A stretch of 64,000 nucleotides of DNA from Octopus sinensis (lineage: Eukaryota), in contig NC_043004.1 in assembly GCF_006345805.1 (NCBI RefSeq), positions 45,570,001 through 45,634,000 of the forward strand, read 5' to 3'. Position numbers and translations under genes: made by a program. Below the pieces are notes generated by a model. The model made no database searches. It was not told the DNA's origin and saw only the letters and a program-made list of their open reading frames with translations. Positions 50,931-64,000 of the stretch are shown here, in pieces (the first letter of the stretch is position 1; every line of letters starts with the position of its first letter).

Positions 50931-52557
50931 GAAACTACTTTTTGCTAATAATGAGGAAGATTCATTTAGAAATGCTAATGGCTTGGTAGAATCAGTTTTG
51001 CCTTTCATCCCAACCTACTCGATAAAATCAAATATCAGTCGATGGTATCGATTAACCTTATTCCCTCAAAATTGTACGCTTTTTGCCTAAATATGCAACT
51101 ATAATCAAAAAACCTTTGAAGGTTTGTTATTGGCAGAATCAGTAGAGCATCGAAAAAATCCCTCGAGATATTTCCTCGCGAAAGGTTTTCCCGCCCTGAG
51201 TTCAAATTTTCACTAAAGTCAACTTTGCTTGACATCCCTCCGGTGTCAGCTACTGCAACCCTAAATAATAATACAAGTGATAAGAAGGCCTATATTGGAC
51301 TATGTGAAGGTGAATTTAAAAATCAATCACTACGCCAATCACATAGCCCCCTTCCGACGTAGGGACAAAAGTAAAGCTTACTAAGTTGGCTAGCTACGTA
51401 TGGACTTTGAAATGTAACGAAACATCGCATGCGATTAAATGGAAAGTAATTGAGAAATTTCATACCTTATGTGAATGAATCGAATAAATATAGACTTTGG
51501 CTGAAAGAGCGCTGATCCTTTTCAGATCTATTGAACTCCAGCTTAGAAATTTTCAGTGGTTGCATGCTTATGTATATAACTATATTTTGAAGAATTGGAA
51601 AATTCGGCTTATTCCAGACTGACTTGATATCTTCCCAGCTCTGTCATTTAAGGTATAAGGAAGATAGCTCTTTTACCTTTTTACTTTTTACTTTTTACAT
51701 TCTAGTTTCTGTTTTTCGTTTTCCGTTGTTCCCTGTCTGCGTTTTCTATATGCTTCCTTCTCAATTTTTTCGTGTTTTTCTATTATTCAATTTCTTCAGT
51801 TCGTTATGATATATGGGTTTGCGCCTGAAGAGTACGTTTGAGTTTTCTCAGCATATGAAATTATTAGTAGCGCTTTAATACATGTATTGTGATCTTCAAT
51901 ATATATATATATATATACCGGTTATTATTCCTTTCCCTACTTATTACATATCAGCAGAAGGATTTTTACCAATTTAATCATTTGTCCTTGTTTATTCTTT
52001 AACTTAATTCTGTATCTATCCATTAAACCTAAAATTTAATTCTGTGAATATAATTCTTCAACTACACACTTGTCTTATACTCATACTTACCTATCTATCT
52101 ATCCTCTGATCTTAACCACCTGTCTCACAATGTTTTCAAAATTCAATGTGTTTAGTTATCAGTTAATCATTAAATATCGAAATCCCGACGTAGATTATTA
52201 CCTAAGAATTTTACCGATCTTTCCTTTGTGCAGAACGTTATTCTTTACTTATTTATCTTAAAGTTATTCATTTATACATGTGGCGTGCTCCTGGTGAACT
52301 TACCATTAATGGAGAGGCAATCTCTTCTCGATTAAGCGAACTAGAGAGCTTACACAATTTGACCTTGTTATCTTTCTACATAATATTCATTTATGTATTA
52401 ATTAAAATATCTATAGAAAATATTCTTCTGGATGTAATGGCTAAATAATTAACGTTAGAATGTCCTTGTCTATTAATTAACGCTGAAAAGCAGTTTGAAT
52501 TTTATTCAAGTCTAACCTTCGACAAATTCTGAAGAGAATGAAACGAGACTGCACTTT

Positions 52558-52591
<34 letters not shown>

Positions 52592-53966
52592 TGTATGTAT
52601 GCATGCACTTTTTAAACGGCAGCAAGCAGCAATTATAAAGCCACACACACACATGTATGTACTTATGCGTTTGTATATATACATATATTCATGTGATTAT
52701 ATGTCTTTAATGCATATGTATGTGTCTACATATTCACACATGCAAGTGCAGCCATATGCGTGTACACATGCCTCTGGAAGTGAATATTGTATTGTAAAGA
52801 CAAATGACTATGAGTACGCCTACTCACAACTCAACGCATGTAGCCATGTATAGACAAATACACTGGTGAAAAGCAAATATAATGCCTTAAGTTTGTCATA
52901 GATGCATATAACCACTCTTATTCACTTTCAACCACTTTTTTATTCATACATCTCACATTTAGAGAACTGTGAAGTATGATGATAACAAATCATATAATAC
53001 GTTCCCATGTAGTCTTACATTTCGTTTATTTTTAACTTTGATTCTTTGTCAAATTATTTCAGATACATCTATAATTAATGTTTTATTTATTCTGAAATTG
53101 AAGCAAATTACTTTAAAATGCAGCTGGGCGACATAAATCTTAGAGGAGGATCGCTAAAGCGTATAACTTGAATATGTAAGTACAGGCAGGGAATCCTGTT
53201 GAGAGATTAAACTGGTGAAGAAAAAAAAAAAAAGGGAAAGTGAAAATATAAAAGTAAACTGTAAAAATTTTTCCAACACACCTGAAGTACATATACACGT
53301 GCACCTACATACACATATATGCATACACACTCAGTCTTGCACCGAAACACTCGTAGGCACATCTTAATACCGATACACGCCGCACACGCACTTACACACA
53401 AAGTATAATTTATCATTCAAAATTTTACAAAATAACGGTAAAATGAACAAGAACATATCAACGTCTTCTAGGTAGATAAATTAATACATTAGCTAGATAA
53501 ACACACAAATATATATTATATTCGTTGTAATAAATGAGAGAAAGTGTACTGAATATATAGAAGATATTTTATTATAAATTTGAAGAAAACAGAGGCTGAT
53601 GATTCATTTTGTCGGTATTTGCATTTACTTGGTACGTGGGTTTGTTTAAAAGACAAAAGACGAAAAGTAAAGAGAAATATGCAAAAAGGAATAGAGCGGA
53701 AGTCTTTTTTTTTCCAAAATAAAAAATATTAATAAAATACAAGGAAAAGTTAAGACGAAATATATTCTCTCAGTAATAATAGAAATGTTTCTTATATAGG
53801 TAGACAGCCCCAAATTTTGTTGATTACATAGACCCACCACCACCACCCGTGCTCAACTGATATATAATTTGTCGACACTAAAAGGATGAAAGGCAAAAGT
53901 CGACCTAGGCGGAATTTAAACTTCCAGCGTACAGCCGGGTGAAAAGCAAACGGTCCTGCCTACTCA

Positions 53967-54002
53967 ACTTCTTCTTACTACTACTACTACTACTACTACT
54001 AT

Positions 54003-54050
<48 letters not shown>
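53967..54050. repeat. (CTA)n microsatellite; (GAT)n follows at 54260-54336
   Basis: Direct reading. Confidence 0.95.
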
Positions 54051-54259
54051 CAATAATAGTAATAATATTCATTTCTACTCTAAGCACAAGGCCTGACATT
54101 TTGGGGAGGGGACCAGTTGATTACATCGACCCTAATTATTTTATCGAATGCTTGTAAATACTACAAAATTAAATCCCATGATAAGTGGTACAGGCACTAT
54201 TCAGAGGATGCTCGGTACTAAGGCAGCTGAAATAAAGTTATAATGAAAGGAAACCATAA

Positions 54260-54336
<77 letters not shown>

Positions 54337-54351
54337 AATTATTATTATTAT

Positions 54352-54424
54352 AAAAGTAAGTAATATAAGATGTGGGACTTAAACATTCAGACTGACAGAG
54401 TAATAGACGTTAGAAGGCCTGATT

Positions 54425-54502
<78 letters not shown>

Positions 54503-54860
54503 CTGTAGTAGTAGTAGCTGTAGTAGTAGGTAAAGAGAATAGAAAGAGCCAGACAATTGACTTCACAGTCCCAATTGATGAAAAACTCAATATCAGAGAG
54601 GTATAGAGAAAATAGCAAAGTAACAGGACCGAGTCATTGAATTACAGAGACTATGGAGAGTGCGGGTAAAATGTATCCCAGTAGTTATAGGTGCATTGGG
54701 AACTATCCTTAAAGATTTGAAGAGTTTGATAGAGGAAAAAGGCATAAAACTCAGTTTAGTACAGCTCCAGAAACAACTAGGATACTTAGAATGGTTCTTG
54801 GCATCTAAAATTACTTGCAGCCTGATGTTAGGAATTTTTCTTTTCCAACAGTCTAATCTC
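54352..54860 (+). pseudogene. R4/Dong-type non-LTR retrotransposon 3' end (RLE domain)
   Basis: WDLNIQTDRVIDVRRPDLVV..KENRKSQTIDFTVPIDE..ELQRLWRVRVKCIPVVIGALGTI..QLQK is the conserved C-terminus of RLE-bearing R4-clade elements. Confidence 0.85.
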
Positions 54861-55206
54861 TTGTATGTATATGAATAATGATAATTACAATAATAATAAT
54901 AATAATGATGATGATATCCTTGAACAACTTTTATTCAGGGATCTTTTGAGCATGATGGGCTAGTGCACCTGAAGAAAATTCTAACTGATCCACCGCCACC
55001 TGCAAGGTCATGCGCTGTTTATCTTTTTAAATGAGATCACCATGTTAGGCATATATGGTTGTAGTGCATGTACCTTATACACACTTACCAGACGGGTTGT
55101 AATGCTGTGGATTATGCAATGATGTCATGCAATGATGTCGCGCAATGGCACTAAGCCCAGAACCATGTGGTTGAGAAGCAAACTTTTTACCTCACAGCCA
55201 CTCCTA

Positions 55207-55600
55207 CGCCACAGGGGGCTAAACATAGAGAGGACAAACAAGGACAAAGTATGTAAGTCGATTGAATCGACCCTAGTGCGTAACTGGTACTTATTTAATC
55301 GACCCCGAAAGGATGAAAGACAAAGTCCACGCCGGCGGAATTTGAACTCAGAACGTAACGGCAGACGAAATACCTATTTCTTTATTACCCACAAGGGGCT
55401 AAACACAGAGGGGACAAACAAGGACAGACATAGGTATTAAGTCGATTACATCGACCCCAGTGCATAACTGGTACTTAATTTATCGACCCCGAAAGGATGA
55501 AAGGCAAAGTCGACCTGGGCGGAATTTGAACTCAGAACGTAACGGCAGACGAAATACCGATAAGCATTTCGCCCGGCGTGCTAACGATTCGCCAGCTTGC
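55207..55600 (-). mobile_element. Tandem pair of SINE family B with Tx1-like tail
   Basis: Copy 55376-55600 is near full length; copy 55207-55375 lacks its head and abuts the tail of the first. Confidence 0.9.
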
Positions 55601-56125
55601 ATAAACTGAAGAATAGGTGTATATATACTTTTTGTTTGCATTATGTTAAATCTACTGCAAGACTTATTACACAATATTCTTAATCATTTAATCTCTTATT
55701 ATGAAATATTTATGAGTGATTTTTTCTTCCAGATTAAACGTTACACTTACGGCAATAACAGAAACTAACAGGAAATATCAACGAATATATTTTCACCAAG
55801 GAAGCAAAGATAAAGATGCGTATAAAAAGTTCAATAACCTATGGATATCAGTTGGAGGTGATGGTAGTAGTGATAATGGTGGTTGCGACTGATGAAGTCA
55901 AAATTACTTGGTGACAGAATCATTAGAGAGTCTGAAAAAAAAAAAAAAGAAACAAACGAAACATACTTCAGGTTATTTCTTTAGATTCTTTACATTCTGA
56001 TTTCAAATAGCGTTGTAGTCAACTTTGCCGTTTAACACTTCAGGGCGAAAAAAATTAAATGCTGCTCAAGGACTAAAGTTGGTGTGATCGAATAACTCTT
56101 TCCCTTCAAAATTACAAGCGAGGTA

Positions 56126-56330
56126 CATTGGCAGAATCGTTAGAGCGTCGGATAAAGCGCCTTGTAATATTTCTTGCAGACTATTTTATTCCGAGTTCAA
56201 ACCCAATCAAGTTCGATTTTGCTTTTCGTTGAGAGGAGGTCGATAGAATAAAGTACTTGTCACGTACAGAAATCGCGGTAGTCGACTAACCCTCTCCACT
56301 AAAAGTAAACTTTGTGCTAAAATCGGAATT
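56126..56330 (+). mobile_element. Old SINE family B relic
   Basis: TTGGCAGAATCGTTAGAGCG...GAGTTCAAA...TTTTGCTTTTC. Confidence 0.6.
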
Positions 56331-57928
56331 ATTATATATCAATGGGTTTTTTGTATTATACATCATTTTCATCAATGGGTTTTTGTATGTCGTAAGCCTT
56401 TTATAATGGTAGACTTACAATTAACAGAATTATTGCAAGCAATATATTATATTTCTAGCAATAATCTATAGAATCCTTTTGTATCAAACAATCTTTTATT
56501 TTCATTTGATAAACTTTCTTATGGCAACATTGTTGTAAAACTTGTTAATTTCATTTATTGATGTATATGTATGTATATATGCATGTATATATACATACAT
56601 ATATATATATATATATAATATATATATATATATACACATATATATATCTATACATACAAATATACCTGTGTGTATTACACACGTACACACACACATATAA
56701 ACATGCGCGCGCATATATAGGCAACAAATGAGATCCAGAGATTCTCCGTATAGCAGTCACTTCGTAATGCTCAAGTAATTCAAACTTAGACTCCAGTGTC
56801 TTTACAGGGGTTCAATTCCACGAGTAAAATGTGGCTATAAGAAGGATTAAGTTGGGCAGATATAGAAGCAATTATGCAGATAAACAAATTAGATATCTAT
56901 ATTATAATGGAGAAAGCTGCTGATTAATTAGGTATGTAACAATTACTAAAAGAAAGCAATTATTAAAGGCTTGACCGTCTAGAAATTTTTTTATAAATTC
57001 ATGTTATAAGAAATTTCCTATGATTTTGATTTCAGAAGTTTATTGAATATTGGAGCTGCAAGTTTTTCACGAATTTCGATATTCGTTGCATTTTCTGCAG
57101 TAGATTTGAATGTATAATCAACGATATTAATTCGTTGCTGGCGAAATTTTCCGTTTTCATTTGCAACAATCTCTCACTATCTCTCTCCTCTATTTTCATT
57201 CATGATAATTTAATATATATTCATTTCAATTTTCCATTTCAATTTTCAATTCGCTATTTGAAAAACCCACAGTTTATTCTATATACGTAATGTAAAACAT
57301 TATTTATTGAATGAATGAAAGCTATTAGACAAGATAGCTGTATAACTTTGAGGCTTATGATGCGAGGCACAATTTCAAAAATAATATCAGTTTCCAGAGT
57401 TTGTTAAATGAATATCTTTGATAAATGACATTTTTTTAATACACCAGTATAATATTAATTTTAAATTACGAAGTGAGTTTGCTGGTGTGCCTGTTTGGAA
57501 CGTTATAAGCCTTACAGTAATAACTATATGATCGCTGCTATTTCAAGCATGCTAAGCGTAGTTGGGTTACCTTGAAGTTTGTTTAAATTAGAGATATATT
57601 ACAACTACAATAAATTACTGAAAAAAATATTTACTAAGCAAATGCGACTTTTTATAAATTGAAATTTTCAGAAAAATTTACTTCCTGAAATTCCTTCTAT
57701 TATTGAATATTTCAAGCTCACAAATTTGAATATTCGGTACAAGATAGTTTTTAACGAGCTTTTATTTATACGATTTTTTCATTTCATATTCATTTCATTC
57801 ATTGTTTGCAATGTTCTTCCCCTCCCCCTTCTCTTTCTCACACTGCCTCTCTAATACAAACACACACACAAATTCAAGGTTTGATGTAGTTATTATACAA
57901 ATATCACATTGGAATTTTACAATTCAAC

Positions 57929-59360
57929 ATGGGGCGTCCAAAAACATATGCGACTGAAAAAGAACATGTAGCAACAAGAGAAAGACGGACAACTGAATCG
58001 GATAAAACCAGGGCAAAGCGACTGAAACAAATGTCTGAATATGCACGTAGAGCTAGAGATGATTCTGTTTCCACTACACACGCCCGACTGGTTAGGGTAT
58101 CACGAGAGGATAACATTCTGTTTCAAAACAAGACACTGAGTCTGCTATCACTGTCTGTGGCTGTTCAGGATTAAATAGGAAGCCTTCCAAACATCAGTGA
58201 GATACTAACAGAAACATAAGTGCCTACAAACAGGGTACTGAGAGACGAAACTGAATATTTATAGCAGGAGTACTGACGATAAAATTTTCAAACTAGGAAG
58301 AATTCTGTTAAAGGATTAACAATGGAAGCCAGTGTCCTGCCTATTGTCTTCTTCGCCCTTTTCAAGCCTAGCCAGGCTCATGGGCCCGGTTTCCCGGTTT
58401 CTGTGGCGTATGTGTTCCCCCCAGCTGGACGGGACGCCAGTCCATCGCAGCGTTTAGTGGAGCTTTTAGTTGTTTTCGCTCAATAAAGATACACAACGCC
58501 CGGTCTGGGAATCGAAACAGCGATCCTCCGACCGCGAGTCCGCTGCCCTAACTACTGGGCCATTGCGCCTTCACCCTGCCTATTGTACAGCCACATAATG
58601 CAGGGAGTCTCTTTGACAATGTTTGTTCATACTGCAAATCTTACAGTTAGGCTGCTGAATTGAAATCTTTATGTTGCTTTGAGAGGAAGGTAAAACTTGA
58701 TAAACTGCTTTCCCCTCCACCAAATGCTCTTAGATACTTCGATGTTACACAAACAGGAAACAGTTTCCTGCAAAATGTACGTTCATTTAACAATCAACTA
58801 GCATTGGCTTCTCTGGGTTGTAGAGAAATCAGAGTCCCTGGATTTAGTACTACATTTAAAGTGCAGGGAAAATTTTATCAAACAATTAGATCACTATGTC
58901 CCAAAGACAACAATCCAAAATTTGCTCAAATCTACTTGTATGAAACAGATAATGAACTTGGAAATCGTCTGCAGCATAGAAATCTAAGCAGTCAGACTTT
59001 GAAAGCAATACAGGATGTCTTGCACCAATATAATACATATATACGTAGTTTTAGAGCAGCTGTTGAAACTGAAACTTTAAAGGATATCGATCTGTTCTAC
59101 ACGCTGACAAGAATAAGAAACCATCAAATTCACATTGTCCAATAGATTCAGAAATTACTACTTTTTTGTCAGAGGAAGGCGCTGACCACTTGAATGTTAT
59201 TGTTTAGAAAAGAGATGGCAGTCTACAAAGAAGCTACCAGTTACATCGATCCTATGATCCTCTGTACTAATATTTCCCCGAGGGAGGCATGTGTATCAGA
59301 CAAGTTTGAAGAGGAGAGACAATCGCAAACTTACTGTCACTGACTTCTATTGTTATCGTT
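57929..59360 (+). pseudogene. Helitron RepHel N-terminal coding region, decayed
   Basis: VCSYC..E..LCCFERKVKL..FLQNVRSFNNQLALASLG..FKVQGKFYQTIRSL.P...PKFAQIYLYE..VLHQYNTYIRSF, then LHRSYDPL and TVTDFYCYRFQ. This is the conserved Helitron N-terminal series; stops and frameshifts are present. Confidence 0.88.
58348..58574 (-). mobile_element. Composite SINE (family C head with family F-like 3' part) inserted in the Helitron ORF
   Basis: 12-bp TSD CCTGCCTATTGT at 58336-58347 and 58575-58586. Confidence 0.9.
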
Positions 59361-59788
59361 TTCAAGGCAGTTTCGAAGCGTCTGGTTATTATTTAATATC
59401 ACAAATTTCAATATTCGCTGCCACGCTTCGCGTTCACTGCAGAGTAGGTTTTAACCTTTGATAAACAATATTAACATGTTCTGGTAAAATTTTTCGTTTT
59501 GAATTGCAACACAGTCTCTCACACACACTGTCTCTCCTGCCTCTAATTGTTTTCATTAATAATAATTTGCATAATATATATTCATTATAATTTTCTCATT
59601 TCAAGTTTTATTTCGTTACTTTAGATAAGAAAATGAGGTATTTTGTTAGCTTAATTTCGCTGTAAATGCCCACAGCTGATTGTTTATACATACTGGAAAA
59701 AATTATATTCGACAACTTATTAAAACCCACTGAAGCTTCGAACTCATGTGACTTATTTCCTTTCTGTTGTTATCTAAGTATTATCACA

Positions 59789-59953
59789 GGCGCAGGAGTG
59801 GCTGTGTGGTAAGTAGCTTGCTTACCAACCACATGGTTCCGGGTTTAGTCCCACTGCGTGGCAACTTGGGCAAGTGTCTTCTGCTATAGCTTCGGGACGA
59901 CCAATGCCTTGTGAGTGGATTTGGTAGACGGAAACTGAAAGAAGCCTGTCGTA

Positions 59954-60044
<91 letters not shown>

Positions 60045-60262
60045 ATGTTTGTGTGTCTGTGTTTGTCCCTCCCAACATCGCTTGACAACCGATGCTGGTG
60101 TGTTTACGTCCCCGTCACTTAGCGGTTCGGCAAAAAGAGACCGATAGAATAAGTACTGGGCTTCCACAGAATAAGTCCCGGGGTCGATTTGCTCGACTAA
60201 AGATGGTGCTCCAGCATGGCCGAAGTCAAATGACTGAAACAAGTAAAATAGTAAAAGAGTAA
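59789..60262 (+). mobile_element. SINE family A, full length with expanded internal (TA)/(TG)
   Basis: Complete head, core and tail. Confidence 0.92.
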
Positions 60263-60719
60263 AATGAATTCGTTGCTATTGCTGTTTGATTCGCCATAGG
60301 TATCAGAATATCTCTATGCGATCGTTGCTATATTTTTGCACACTAAACGTAGCTGGTCTATTTTGATGTTTGTTTTAAAAAGAAAAATTATGACTGTGAT
60401 AAAATATGGAAAGCAATATTTGCTAAGCAAGTGAGCACTGTTATACAAAGAAATAAGTAGACGTAAAATATCATAAAAAATATTATAATTGGGACCAAAT
60501 ATGAAAATATTATCAAGCGACAAGTAGAAAACTGCTCGGAGGGCGGTTTTCTGATAGTAATCAATATCACTGTTTGGGTACGGAATACAAAATATGTATA
60601 TATGTATACATACAAAATGAGAGAAAGCAAAAACTGGAGACATTCAGACGATGAATATTTAAGTATAAATTCATAAATATTTATGTTAATAGATTCAACA
60701 CATAGTACAAACGACAAAG

Positions 60720-61640
60720 AAGATTAAAGTGAAAGAAAGGTGTTATACGTCCAACAGCTGTTTCTGAAAGCTCAGAGATATATCGTAATGATGGTAGATG
60801 CAGTGCGTTACAACATGGGGTCTTAATGGAAGCAATCAACATTGGATAAATCGAGCCTCACTCATCAGGGTAGAAAAGGTCTTACATCTCAGATGCAAAG
60901 AAGTTCAAAGCTGGAATGATTAAATGTGAAGAACCAACCATACTAGAAGGCCGAAGTAGGAGAGTCAGTGGGGTTGTGGGGAATGTTATGACAGGGAATG
61001 ATGTGAGGAGATAAGAGAGCTAGTTCTGGAAGAGGGCGTCAAGGGAGATAGTAGTAGAGGTAGAAAGATGGGAGATGAGTGGGTGGGGTGAGATTCATAG
61101 TAATTGAAGGGTGCTCAGTTGTTGTTGGGTTTGTGCATAGGAGTCAAAGTTTAGGGATAATAGCTATAGAATTATTGGAAGTTGAGATGGTGAGAAAAGG
61201 TAAAGCAATTATTTGAGGGAGGGCAAGTATCTAATTCGGTAGCAGAGGGAGATAACTAAGGTATGTAGAACGGTGTGAGAGAAGATAGAGGGAGGTGGAC
61301 GGTGTATATGTGGGGGTGAGTCGGTGATCAAAGCAACAGTAGTTAGTACTATAATGAAGGTGAGTTGAGAATAGAGGTGGGGTGTACTGAGGTATGCTGA
61401 GGTGTATTGAATTGAATAGAGGGAGGAATAGGTTAGTAGCGAATTGAGTGGGGCAGTTCTAAGTGCTTTTTGGTTGAAGAGGAGAAATGGGAGATTATGG
61501 GACGAATACCTCTTGTGATGATGGGATGGCTGTGAGGGTGGCGATGTGGGGGATATGAGGAATTTGCAAAGGTAACCACGAGAAGGAATAATTTAGTACT
61601 CTCAGACGTGCTTACCCTTCTTCAGTAGGAGATAACGGAG
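60720..61640 (-). mobile_element. Probable old Penelope-like relic
   Basis: Purine-skewed tract; decayed hammerhead-like pieces GAAACAGCTGT (~60754-60765), CTGATGAG (~60863-60870) and CTGAAGAAGGG (~61616-61626). Confidence 0.35.
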
Positions 61641-61681
61641 AGAGATCACTCGAGTAGGCTCTAAAGCTGTAGCTTTATCTT

Positions 61682-61890
61682 GGCGGCGAGCTGGCAGAAA
61701 CGTTAGCACGCCGGGCGAAATGCTTAGCGGTATTCCGTCTGCCGCTACGTTCTGAGTTCAAATTCCACCGAGGTCGACTTTGCCTTTTATCCTCTCGGGG
61801 TCGATTAAATAAGTACTAGTTACGCACTGGGGTCGATATAATCGACTGGCACCCTGCCCCAAAATTTCGGGCCTTGAGCCTAGAATAGAG
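61682..61890 (+). mobile_element. SINE family B, full length
   Basis: GGCGGCGAGCTGGCAGAAACGTTAGC head, GAGTTCAAATTCC box, tail CCTTGAGCCTAGAATAG. Confidence 0.9.
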
Positions 61891-62957
61891 AATAATATTA
61901 GCGATTGAATTGCGCTCGAGGACCGCCCGGCCGGAATAAATACAGTAATATTAGCTCTAAGCTGTGAGGAAGGATAAATGAACTATAGGTAAGTTAAATA
62001 TATATTTCAAACAAATATACTAGAAATATACTATGCGCAAGAGGAAGTTCAACGAGTAGTAAACCTCTCGGTCACTTAAGAGAGTAAAGTTGTTATTAAT
62101 AAATCCACACACACACACACATACGCACATACGCACGCACACACATGCACACACACAATGCACACACACATGCACGCATGTACACGCGCAAAACATGTGG
62201 AATTCAGCTACCCAGAGTTTTCGGGCCGAAATATTCAGTCATTTCAATGTTTCACAAGTGAGAATAAATATATGTGTAGTTAACCCTTCATGTTTACATT
62301 ATCAGCTTGGGAAATTGGGGCCAAGTATACCTGTGTACCCGAATTTCGCAAAGTTTTTGTATGGTTTTATTAAAAATATATATGTATGTAAGTATGTATG
62401 TATATATGTAAGCATGTTTGTATATATGTGTGTATGTGTGTGTGTGTGAGTTTTTCTGTGGGTATATACACGACTAACTGTCGTAAAGTATCTCTTTCCG
62501 TCTACCAAATTTCATTGCATCGATTTGACGAAAGCTAGCAGATATTTACACATTTGTACTGCTGCAAAGGACCGAACTGTAGAACACGAAATTGTTGTGT
62601 ATCACACAGCTATACCAACCATACCTGCGCCCAGGTAAACACAAACCTGTATTTTGAGCATATTACTGTTATAAACATGAATATTGTTTACACATACTGA
62701 ACTGAACTGTGTGGTTATTTCTTATCACAGCTTTCCATACAATTACATACAATGTTATGATTTACATAGGTTTCCACAAAATGGTTTTGTTTATGACTAC
62801 GTGGTTTCCTATATGATTTGTAACCGCACAAACAATTTCGTATATTTACGCATTGATAAACATATGCATCTAGTTTTAGATGCACACATGTTAGTCTTCG
62901 TTCTCCAAAACACTCATACACACATGTATATACATACATACACACACACACACACAC

Positions 62958-62988
<31 letters not shown>

Positions 62989-63803
62989 GTATATATATAT
63001 ATATGTATATATATATATACATATATATATACATATATACACGCATAAAATATTTACAGACCCCTTTACACACACACGCACACACAAACATATGTATGCA
63101 TGTATATATATGTGCGTGTGTGCGCGCGTGTGTTTATGTATATATATATATATATATGCATCTACATATGAATATACATACATTTGTATATATATATATA
63201 TATATTATGAATATGTGTATACATATATATGTTTGTGTATACGTATATATTAACATATATACATACATATTTATCCTCGTGTATAATATAGTGCTTATAT
63301 TTATTCATATATATGTATGTATATATATATGTACATATATATAGATATTCAGTCATATATATATAAATATGCATGCAAATATGTGTGTGGGTGTGTATGC
63401 GTGTGTGCGTGTGCGTGTGAATACCACCAGGCATAGCAAAATACAAAAAAAAAATTAAAAAAATTACAATACTATGGTTTGGCATGTAATTCTCATTCAC
63501 GAAATCCCAACGAGCCAAACTAGAAAACTAATCCAAAAATATTATGAAAAAAGCAAAACAAAAAACAAAACAAAACAACGCAAAAAAAAAACCGCTTGCA
63601 TCTATACGTAAGCTGCTTTTAGGATTTGAAGAAAACATGCAATACACGATATACAACTGATGTGTTGTTGTACAGACTATCTTCCCTACTTGCTGTCAGT
63701 TCTCTACAAACTCTCTATCTACAGCCCATTTGAAAAGGAAAATAAAGACACAAAAAAAAGAAAAAAAGAAATGCAATAATCAGCAGCAAACCAATGAGGA
63801 AGC

Positions 63804-63805
<2 letters not shown>

Positions 63806-63867
<62 letters not shown>

Positions 63868-63932
63868 TGAATAATAATAATAATAACAATAATAATATTA
63901 ACATTAATAATAATAATAATAACAATAATAAT

Positions 63933-63966
<34 letters not shown>
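63806..63966. repeat. (TAA)n microsatellite
   Basis: Direct reading. Confidence 0.95.
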
Positions 63967-63971
<5 letters not shown>

Positions 63972-64000
63972 AAGCATATTAATAATGATAAAATAATAGT

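Noticed and set aside
55888-55925. CTGATGAAGTCA...TGACAGAAT as a hammerhead
   Set aside because: The 3' half is the head of an old SINE B copy and GAAA is absent; coincidental.

Overview
AT-rich eukaryotic intronic or intergenic DNA. The repeat families resemble those I recall from Octopus or another coleoid cephalopod, which is an inference. No host protein-coding gene, rRNA, tRNA gene or CRISPR array can be supported, and most ORFs in the track are microsatellite translations. The window is a mosaic of: several tRNA-derived SINE families (more than 30 copies or relics); a 5'-truncated Tx1/L1-group LINE embedded in a (TATC)n array; an RTE-type LINE fragment; a degraded CR1/L2-like RT relic; two R4/Dong-type endonuclease fragments beside (TAA)n; Penelope-like (GIY-YIG) fragments with hammerhead-ribozyme motifs; two mini-Helitrons and a decayed RepHel-coding Helitron; and five clustered copies of a 420-bp MITE with 8-bp TSDs and internal TTAGGG repeats. 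It also holds several palindromes and local duplications. Best leads: (1) a Tx1 LINE that may target (TATC)n and shares its 3' tail and stem-loop with a SINE subfamily; (2) variant minimal hammerheads, including a 357-bp tandem repeat with a U3-A8 core; (3) the telomere-repeat MITE cluster. Boundaries and alignments were read by eye and are approximate unless a TSD or TIR is given.
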